DNA of 64,000 nucleotides from Victivallales bacterium (GTDB lineage Bacteria; Verrucomicrobiota; Lentisphaeria; Victivallales; UBA1829): NCBI GenBank assembly GCA_045639325.1, contig JAZUCU010000002.1, positions 21,287 to 85,286 of the forward strand, read 5' to 3'. Shown piece by piece: positions 19,933 to 27,800 of this stretch (position 1 is its first letter; each line of letters starts with the position of its first letter). The notes under the pieces were generated by a model. It saw only the letters and a program-made list of their open reading frames with translations, ran no database searches and was not told where the DNA came from. The position numbers and the translations under genes were made by a program.

Positions 19933-20319
19933 TTATTTAGTAAATTTTTTTGAATCCTGATTATTCATATCTTCATTAGAAGAATTACCAAAAGCATCAA
20001 AAACAGAAGAAACACCAACAAATTCTTTTTTATCGAAACGAACGATCTGGATCGGACGGAAGGTCATAATATCATAACCTTCCTGACCTCGAAACTGTTG
20101 ACGAGAATTATAAATTTTATTGTCGATTATCATAAAGGCAGTTCCAGACCATCCCTCAGGTACTGATACACCATCTTTAACAGGAAGACGAAGAGTTCCA
20201 TAACCGATCTGCAGTGTTGCATACATTATTTCCTTTCCCTCACGATTTTTAGAATGTGTAATTTTGTCAACGACTGCGACCGGAAGAATGATACCGCCTT
20301 GAGTAGCTTGGACAGACAT
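19933..20319 (-). CDS. Putative ssDNA-binding protein (pV-like)
   Basis: 128-aa beta-rich, OB-fold-like pattern with an acidic/polar tail. First gene of the phage - strand operon. The call is mainly positional. Confidence 0.45.
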   Translation of the reverse strand: MSVQATQGGIILPVAVVDKITHSKNREGKEIMYATLQIGYGTLRLPVKDGVSVPEGWSGTAFMIIDNKIYNSRQQFRGQEGYDIMTFRPIQIVRFDKKEFVGVSSVFDAFGNSSNEDMNNQDSKKFTK

Positions 20320-20352
20320 TTTAGAGATCCTTTCATTAAATTTTTTAATTTT

Positions 20353-20397
20353 AGTTCTATCAGAACTGATAGTATTTTAATGAAATATATACTATCA
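20353..20397. promoter_or_regulatory. Candidate operator array in the divergent phage promoter region
   Basis: Palindrome agttct-atc-agaact (20353-67) and inverted repeat tgatagtat...atactatca (20367-75/20389-97). CTATCA/TGATAG occurs three times. Confidence 0.45.
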
Positions 20398-20470
20398 ATT
20401 CTGAAAGTCAAGTCAATTTGCAAAAAAAATTAAAAAAAGTATATTACAGATGAAAATCAGGAGTAATAAA

Positions 20471-20689
20471 ATGAACAATAAAAAAGATCAACTCGAAAGA
20501 TTCAATGCAGCCTTATTGGAAGAAAGCACGGAAATCGCTTTTACCCAAGCGCAAACAGCAAGAATATACGGATGTACAGACGCATACATACAACAATTAC
20601 TCAAAGCTGGAAAATTGAAACTTGTGGTGAAAGACGGTCGAAACAAAGTCTCTGCATTATCACTTAAAAAACTGATAGAGGAGGAATAA
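20471..20689 (+). CDS. Excisionase-like (HTH_17-type) small DNA-binding protein, divergent from the phage operon
   Basis: FTQAQTARIYGCTDAYIQQLLKAGKL winged-HTH pattern. AGGAG lies 7 nt before ATG 20471. Confidence 0.65.
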   Translation: MNNKKDQLERFNAALLEESTEIAFTQAQTARIYGCTDAYIQQLLKAGKLKLVVKDGRNKVSALSLKKLIEEE

Positions 20690-20692
20690 AAA

Positions 20693-21190
20693 ATGTCTAC
20701 TATAATCATTTTTATAATAATTTTCCTGCTACTAATTGTCCTCGGATGTTTCAAAAGAAAAGAAATCCTTGTTTTTCAAAACAAACTTGAAGAAATACCC
20801 GTATATGGAAAAATGCTTTTAACAAAAGATGAACTTAATTTATATCAAAATTTGAAACTGATATTACCAAATGATACAGATATATCCTGTAAATGCCGGC
20901 TAGAAGATATTATCGGAATTGACCGCAAATGTAAAAATTACAATCAAAACAGAAACCGAATCAAAAGCAACCATATTGATTTTGTAATATTTAATGCTAT
21001 AACTGGTAAAATTGAATTCGTCATAGAATTAGACGGTAACAGTCATAATTTACCAGGACAGAAAGAATCCGACATAAAAAAAGATATTTTTTTGAAAAAT
21101 GCCAAAATAAAACTTATCCGGATTAAAGCACAAGAAAAATATAATCCAGAAATGATAAAAAAATATATAGAAGATAGTCTTGATAAATAA
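20693..21190 (+). CDS. DUF2726-like protein with an N-terminal membrane anchor
   Basis: LLTKDE..Y..L, CRLEDII, HIDFVI, IELDGNSH, KDIFLKNAKIKLIRI. Confidence 0.75.
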   Translation: MSTIIIFIIIFLLLIVLGCFKRKEILVFQNKLEEIPVYGKMLLTKDELNLYQNLKLILPNDTDISCKCRLEDIIGIDRKCKNYNQNRNRIKSNHIDFVIFNAITGKIEFVIELDGNSHNLPGQKESDIKKDIFLKNAKIKLIRIKAQEKYNPEMIKKYIEDSLDK

Positions 21191-21491
21191 AAAATAAACA
21201 ATCGAAGAAAATCCGAATGCAGTCCTGTTCACTCCGTTCACTGGCTGCCGGATTTCTTTCAAAGGTCCAAAATGGCCCCTATTGCCCGCTATTAGAGCGC
21301 GCGGGCGCGATAATTGTGGATGCACGCGCACGCGCACGTATTCAAATCGGAAAACCCTTTTTCTGCGGAAGCCGGTGTATCCGGCTTGTTTCGCTGCTTA
21401 ATGCAGCGCCCCCCTCCTTTTCGGTTTTTCCTCCCTGGATTGACTACCGACCAAAAGTCCGGAGATGAAGAACAATCGTGATCACAAAGCC

Positions 21492-21648
21492 GAGAATTCA
21501 TTTCATCGCATAATATCGGTTATGCCATATCCGGCACCGGTTCCCGGTGACCGGCTATTTCATAGCAAAAAAAAGCACCGCGAACCGGTGCCAATTCCTG
21601 GGGGGGATAAGACAAAACAAGACCCATTATGCGACGTAATGAATTCTC
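21492..21648 (-). other. Folded attP-like structure at the prophage right junction: two inverted XerC arms around a structured loop
   Basis: gagaattcatttcatcgcataat (21492-514) is the reverse complement of attatgcgacgtaatgaattctc (21626-48) at 20/23 positions. Inner stem ggcaccggttc/gaaccggtgcc. Confidence 0.8.
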
Positions 21649-21760
21649 ATAAAACACCCCGTAAAGCCACGAGAGGTAGTGACCCGATCAAGAACCCGGA
21701 AGATGGAATATCAGCGGTCAGAGACGTGTATTATGCAGTTTCGTTTTTTACCAATTTCAA
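21626..21760 (+). repeat. 135-bp direct repeat, copy 2
   Basis: 132/135 identical to 12716-12850. Confidence 0.97.
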
Positions 21761-21838
21761 GAAATATATTGATAAAATAAGACCGCAATAAAAAGTAGAA
21801 AATCATCAGGGAAGGTGTTGTATGATGATAAAAAAAAA

Positions 21839-22420
21839 TCAGACGAGTGTATTGAGGACTTTGGCAAACTCTTCGGGGCAGGTATAGAGATGGGCGTTCC
21901 AGCCAAGAGTGGATGCCGCTGCAATGTTGTCGGCATTGTCATCAAAATAAGCCGCCGGGACGCCATAGGTGTTTTCAAAGATTTGATAGATTTCTTTCTC
22001 CGGCTTCATATAACCGGCTTCAAAACTGTAAACGCCTCCGGAGACCAGGTGTCCAAAGCGGTTCTTCCGGACGACCTCATCCAAATGGAGTCTGGATGTA
22101 TTGGAAAAATAAACAAAGCGCAGCCGGTCAGAAAATTCACGGACCACCTGCCCCATTCCGGGAATATCATAACCGATAATCGAATTCCAATATTTGAGAA
22201 GTTCTGCATTGGAAAACTTATGACAGGTTGCCGTCTGAAAATGATCCAGCCAGAGATCGCAGGAAATTTTTCCTTTTTCCAAAAGATTGGAAACGGCCTG
22301 AAATTCGGGCGGGGCGGCATTATCGAATCCTAATGCAGAGAAGAATTGTTTATGGCGAAGTTGTATACACACGCCGCCGATATCAAGAGCAACAATCTTA
22401 CGTTGTTCAAATGGAATCAT
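21839..22420 (-). CDS. HAD-superfamily hydrolase (YihX-like)
   Basis: ALDIGGV motif I, SNT, KP, FDDN motif IV. Confidence 0.85.
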   Translation of the reverse strand: MIPFEQRKIVALDIGGVCIQLRHKQFFSALGFDNAAPPEFQAVSNLLEKGKISCDLWLDHFQTATCHKFSNAELLKYWNSIIGYDIPGMGQVVREFSDRLRFVYFSNTSRLHLDEVVRKNRFGHLVSGGVYSFEAGYMKPEKEIYQIFENTYGVPAAYFDDNADNIAAASTLGWNAHLYTCPEEFAKVLNTLV

Positions 22421-23546
22421 CGTTGCCCTCCCCTCCCCCGGTAATATTCATGACAAGGGATTCCAATGCGAGTCTGGAATCGATAGAGCCTGTGACCAAA
22501 GCCAGGTTTGCCTGAAGAATATACTGGAAAGCTTTCGCCAGTTCCTTATCGGAGAAGCGTCGCAAATTATTCCAAATCATAAAAGCGCGGTATGGATGTA
22601 AAGAGAGCAGGATGCTGTCTTTTTCGCCCTTATGTGCTTCAGCGAGATTATAAAAGAAATCCGCAGATGCGCGATCCGGGATCTGAAAACGGGCGGCTTC
22701 GGAGCGGATCGCAGCAAGACGTTTGAATTCAGAATTTACGGCACCGACAAGGGCAATTTCCGCATTGGTGGAGGCACCGCGTTCCTGCATCATTGTTTCC
22801 ATAATACCGGGGATCAATTCCAATGCTTTTGCAGGATTTTTCTCTGCCAAAGCACTGGAGAATTCCCAGGATAGAGTTTCATCACTGCGGGAACAGATTT
22901 CCCGGCAATCGGCAAGGGTAATGCGCTGATTTTCACCGGTATAAGATACAAGTTTTTCGATTTCCGACTTTAAGGAACCGGCATCGCCGCCGGCAATTTC
23001 CGCCAGATAAGCAGCCGCATCGTCATCCATACGCTTGCCGGTTTCGCTGACTGCTTCCCGGATGCGGCGCATGAGAACGGCTGCCGCACCTTTGGCTTTC
23101 GGGTCCGCTTTATCGAACCATTCGACTTTACCACCGGATTCCTCGCAAACTTTTTCGCAAAGTTTATAGAAAGCCTTCCGTCGATCCAATCCGATGGCAT
23201 CAATAATCAACACCACATCTTTCGGCAAACCATCTTTGAGGAATGCGGAAAGACGATCGATGCGGGAAGGTACTTTCTTTGGCGTCTTTTCTGCAAAGGC
23301 ATCATCAAATTTATTGAAATGTTTCAACCAGATCATTTTCTGTGGAGAAAGGAACGGGGGCGTTTCCAACGAATCAATGAGACGGTCGAGGGTAACGGTA
23401 AAGCGTTCGCCTTCCGTATCACCGCGAATGATCTCAAGATCCGGGTTTTCCTCCGGATTTTCACCGCAAAGGGAACGGACAAGAACTCCGGCACGTTCTT
23501 TTACCAGAAATTCCTCGTTCCCGCCGATCAGATAAAAACATCCCAT
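22407..23546 (-). CDS. holA: DNA polymerase III delta subunit
   Basis: YLIGGNEEFL start, PPFLSPQKMI, LKSEIEKLVSY, C-terminal RLALESLV. Confidence 0.85.
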   Translation of the reverse strand: MGCFYLIGGNEEFLVKERAGVLVRSLCGENPEENPDLEIIRGDTEGERFTVTLDRLIDSLETPPFLSPQKMIWLKHFNKFDDAFAEKTPKKVPSRIDRLSAFLKDGLPKDVVLIIDAIGLDRRKAFYKLCEKVCEESGGKVEWFDKADPKAKGAAAVLMRRIREAVSETGKRMDDDAAAYLAEIAGGDAGSLKSEIEKLVSYTGENQRITLADCREICSRSDETLSWEFSSALAEKNPAKALELIPGIMETMMQERGASTNAEIALVGAVNSEFKRLAAIRSEAARFQIPDRASADFFYNLAEAHKGEKDSILLSLHPYRAFMIWNNLRRFSDKELAKAFQYILQANLALVTGSIDSRLALESLVMNITGGGEGNDDSI

Positions 23547-23567
23547 GATAATTCAATCCGTATCCGA

Positions 23568-24641
23568 TCAATCAATTCCGGGACGGAACTGTTCATCGCC
23601 TTTGAATGTCAGAATGGTTTCCGCAATCAACTGAGATGCGGCATAAGCATCGCGCAGGTCGCAAACTTCAACCGGTGTGTGCATGTAACGGTTGGGAATG
23701 CTGAACAATGCGGTGGCAATACCGGCACGCTGCATCTGAATGGCAGCAGTATCGGTTCCGCCTGTGGAACGGTGACCCGTTTCCAACTGATACGGAATTT
23801 TCTTTTTATCGCCAACCTTCATGATCCGTGCAAGCAACGGCGGGTTGTTATCGGCATTGCGGGTCAGACCAACCCCCTGCCCCATGGTCAGAGTTCCATA
23901 CTGATCTGCACTGATACCCGGGACTTCGGTTGCAAAACCCACATCGACTGCAAAACCGACTTTGGGGTTAATGCCGTGGGCACTGACAATTGCGCCGCGT
24001 GTACCCAATTCTTCCTGAACGGTACCGACACATGCGACACCGACTTTGACTTTTTTCTTTGCCAGAATACGGAATGCTTCAGCAATGACAAAGGCACCGA
24101 TTTTGTCGTCAAGCGCTTTGGACATAATCCGGTTTTTGGAAAGCATGCGGTAATTTGCACGGAATGCCACGGGGTCGCCGGGAGTAATTATTTTCTGTGC
24201 TTCTTCCTTGCTTTCGGCACCGATATCGATCCACATATTTTTGAATTCGGGAACGGTTTTACGTTCTTCAGGAGTCTGGAGATGAATGGGTTTACGTCCA
24301 ATCACGCCGGGGATACGGCCTTTGGATGTAATAACTTCCACTTCAATACCGGGGACCGTCATCACATCGACGCCGCCGACAACGCGGAAAGAAAGCAGAC
24401 CTTCGTCCATGATATTGACGACCTGGAACCCGATTTCGTCATAGTGTCCGGCAAGCATGACCTGGAACGGATGCTCCGGATTCAAGCGGGCGATGGTATT
24501 GCCCAACACATCGGTTTCGACTTTATGTGCAAAGGGTGTCAAATAATTACGGAACACTGCCGCCTGTTCGACTTCGAATCCGGAAGGACCGGATGCCATG
24601 AGGAACTCTTCGAGAAATTTCAAGCTGTCTGCTGCGTACAT
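23568..24641 (-). CDS. M42 family aminopeptidase
   Basis: GPSGFE, AGHYDEIG, SKALDDKIG, VQEELG, GGTD, RYMHTP. Start behind AGGAG. Confidence 0.92.
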   Translation of the reverse strand: MYAADSLKFLEEFLMASGPSGFEVEQAAVFRNYLTPFAHKVETDVLGNTIARLNPEHPFQVMLAGHYDEIGFQVVNIMDEGLLSFRVVGGVDVMTVPGIEVEVITSKGRIPGVIGRKPIHLQTPEERKTVPEFKNMWIDIGAESKEEAQKIITPGDPVAFRANYRMLSKNRIMSKALDDKIGAFVIAEAFRILAKKKVKVGVACVGTVQEELGTRGAIVSAHGINPKVGFAVDVGFATEVPGISADQYGTLTMGQGVGLTRNADNNPPLLARIMKVGDKKKIPYQLETGHRSTGGTDTAAIQMQRAGIATALFSIPNRYMHTPVEVCDLRDAYAASQLIAETILTFKGDEQFRPGID

Positions 24642-24832
24642 AGTTACATCTCCTAAGTTAAATCTCCTGTAATATAGTTGCAGTTTCATCATATTCAATA
24701 GCGGACTTTGAAAAAAATCAAAAAAGTTGAGTTTACAATATTGTATATTAATAAAGAAAAAGAAGAAACTGGCTCTTGAATTTGCTGTTTTGACATTTAT
24801 ATTACATTATGATAATAAACGAAAGGTGCTCT

Positions 24833-27800
24833 ATGGAACAGGATAACAAATCTGATTATACATTGGTGGCAGCCAACAGCAATGCATCCCTGCCCGATGC
24901 ATTGCAGAAATTTTATGATGCATTTAAAGACAAAACTCCCGGCGATTTCATTTGGGGTGGAGGAACCGGCGTTGACAATTTGGCTTTCGGTCCGGTCACC
25001 ATTACAGTTGACAATGTACGTGTGAGTATTGTAAGAACAAACGACTACGAAACGACAACTGTAAAAAATATGGAATTGATCGTCATGCAGGGGTACGCAC
25101 AAGCCGTCTTCTTCGATCGTTTCTACGCTTCCTGTGTTATGATTGGCAAAGCTTCTACAGTAAATCCCGATGATATCACTTCTGTTCTCACGTATACGTT
25201 CATGACAAAAGAGGAACGCCAAGAGCTTGAGTTTGGGAAAATCGAAAAAGCGAAAATCGACCCCACTTTTTATACTCAAGTCCAGAATGATCCTATCAAT
25301 GATGCCAAGAACACAAACGGTATTTATATCCTCTCAAATCGTTCAACAGATCCTTCAAATGTCAGCTTCAATACGGTGTTTCAAGGAGTTGGGATCGCTG
25401 AATTTTCCGACAATCCGGCATTAGGTCTTGCCGTTGCGGTCAGTGCAAATATCAATACGTTTACCTCTGCAATGACATTTACTGTCGGTGCCAGCATTCG
25501 CTTGGGATCCAGCAAGCGTTTTTCCGCCGCCGGAGAAATAGGACTCCTCAACGGAAAACTTAATGCAATCGGATTTTCTGTCGGTGGAAAAATTCAAATC
25601 TCGCCGGTGGTAAGTATTACGAAGCTCAGCTGCAGTGTCAAAGGTTTTCAGGAGCCAAAACTCGCTGTCGGTGTAGGCGGCGGTATGGCAATCGGTTCAG
25701 AGGTTTCAGTACCGGAAGGACTTGGTACACTTCAAAAAGCTCTTTTCCCCAATAACACCTCTTTTGTTCCCCTTCAGTTAAATGTCCGGGGAGATATGAA
25801 CCCGGCGCATAATTACTATTCTTTGTCAGGGGAAGGAAAACTCTTTGGTGTTATTTCTGTATCCGCTGCCTTTGCATACGATGACGGCGACATAAAAGCG
25901 GAAGTAAAAGCCGGATTGGTCTGCAACAGTTTCCTGAACGGTTCTCTTTCTGCCACCTTCAATATGAAACAGGATAACTGGAATTTGCATTGTAATTTCA
26001 ACTGTTCCGTGTCCGTTGATATTTGGAATTTAATAGGCGTTTCAGTAAGGGGTAATCTTAATGTTCTGCTGAATTCTCAGGATTATACCTTGGCAAACAG
26101 ACGTTATAACAGAAAAGATCTGACGATCTCCGTGGACGGCATGGCGACACTCAAGGTACTTTTCAGTTTTTCTGTCTCTGTGCATAAAACATGGGTCTTC
26201 AATTTGAGCAATACACCGCTGGCATCCAGGGAGCGGCTGATGACTTCCATCTCTGCCGGTGATATGTCTGTCCTTGAAAATGTCTCGGATGTGTTGGTTT
26301 GCGAAAGCAAAGATCTCACAGAAAATGAAGCTCCGCTTCTTCGTTTCCGCAACAGCAGCAATGTCATTGATACCAAAAGCTGGCAGATCGACGAACAATG
26401 CAGTGAATCCGGACTTGTCACGATCCAGGTCGTTGCAGAATATACTCTTGCAGACAGCAATTGGCGACTCACTCATAACAACGGAGAAACAATTACCGTT
26501 TATACTGCGGAAAATGCCGGAAATGTCGTGACGGTTAAGGAATTTACCCATAATTACTACGAATTGCTGTTGGATACGCCGGATGCCGGTAACTGGACCC
26601 TTGAACTCCTGGGTGACAGCCAAAACAGCGGTGGTATTTATATGAACGCATTGCAGGATGAAAAGTTTGTAACGGAACTGGAAATCCTTGAACAGACAGA
26701 TACCGCAATCAAGTTCCGTTATACTGCGGTTACCGGTTCCAAAGACGACACCACCGTGATACGTCTTTTTGCAGAAGAAATTTCAACGGAGCCTGGAGCC
26801 GATCCTTATTCCGGCATCATTGCTTATCTGGAAGAAACAGACAACGGTGAGTTTATCTGGGAAATTCCGGAAGAATTCCGCCATAACGCGCAATACCGTT
26901 TTTATATTTCTGCCGCAAGTTCCAATGCCGGAAGTATAGCAGAAAGCAATGAGGTGGAAGTTTTTCTCGCCCGGCAGGATGCAGAGTTGGAATGTTCCTG
27001 GGAATTGGCTTACAATGCAGATAACACCGATACGGTTACCGCTTATATCACCATTACAAACACCGGTGCTGAAAGTACTGCGTTCCAATGGGAAATATTG
27101 GATTACACCAATAATAATTCTATTGATGACGATAACAGTTATTACGGCAATACCTCCAATATAGCCGAAGTGCTTGCTTCCGGCAGCGGTATTGAGATCA
27201 AAGGGAACTCAAGCGTTACGCTTCAGGCCGTGATTACTGTCACAGACGAATTGCGGGACAATCCCTCAAGTTTGTATCTCTCTGTTACGCAGGAAACGGA
27301 TCTTGATGGTGTTTCGGTGAAAAACAATGAGGAGGAAAGTACCTTCGCCGATGATACGGATGAAATCCTGTTTACTGCAATGAAATCGGAAAATTGCCAA
27401 AAGCAAACGATTTCCTGGCAGGCTGTTGAGGGTGCCGTTTCATATGTCTTGCATTATGCATTGGAAGGCGATTGGGAAACAGGCGGTGTTTATGTAAACA
27501 ACATTCAAAACACCTCTTATGTTTTGAGTGTTACTCCCGGTGAATATGCTTACCGCGTCATTGCCATCGGCAGCGACGGCAAAGCCATTGGTTCATGGAG
27601 CGAAGAACAGGAAATTGATGTATTGTTCCATGACGAACAGACACTTAATATTACTGCAAATACCAGTTCTGCACGCAGTCAGGTCTTTTCTTTGAATGAC
27701 GGATTTTACAATCTGAACGGTATTGATCTGCAGAACTTTACCGGTTCTTTAACACTCATCCGCAATGATTTGGTCAAAGTAGGCGAAGAGAATGACAGCA

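Larger units (their letters stand above)
12717..21626 (-). mobile_element. Filamentous prophage (Inoviridae-like), 8,910 bp, integrated at dif via host XerCD (IMEX)
   Basis: Abrupt AT-rich block with Rep_trans, coat, pIII/pVI/Zot/secretin-like genes in inovirus order. No integrase. Bounded by dif and a second XerC arm. Confidence 0.92.

Noticed and set aside
12717-21626. ICE, integron or conjugative/T2SS island interpretation of the AT-rich block
   Set aside because: No integrase, relaxase, VirB4 or attC sites. The pVIII-like coat, Zot and Rep_trans in inovirus order fit a filamentous phage.
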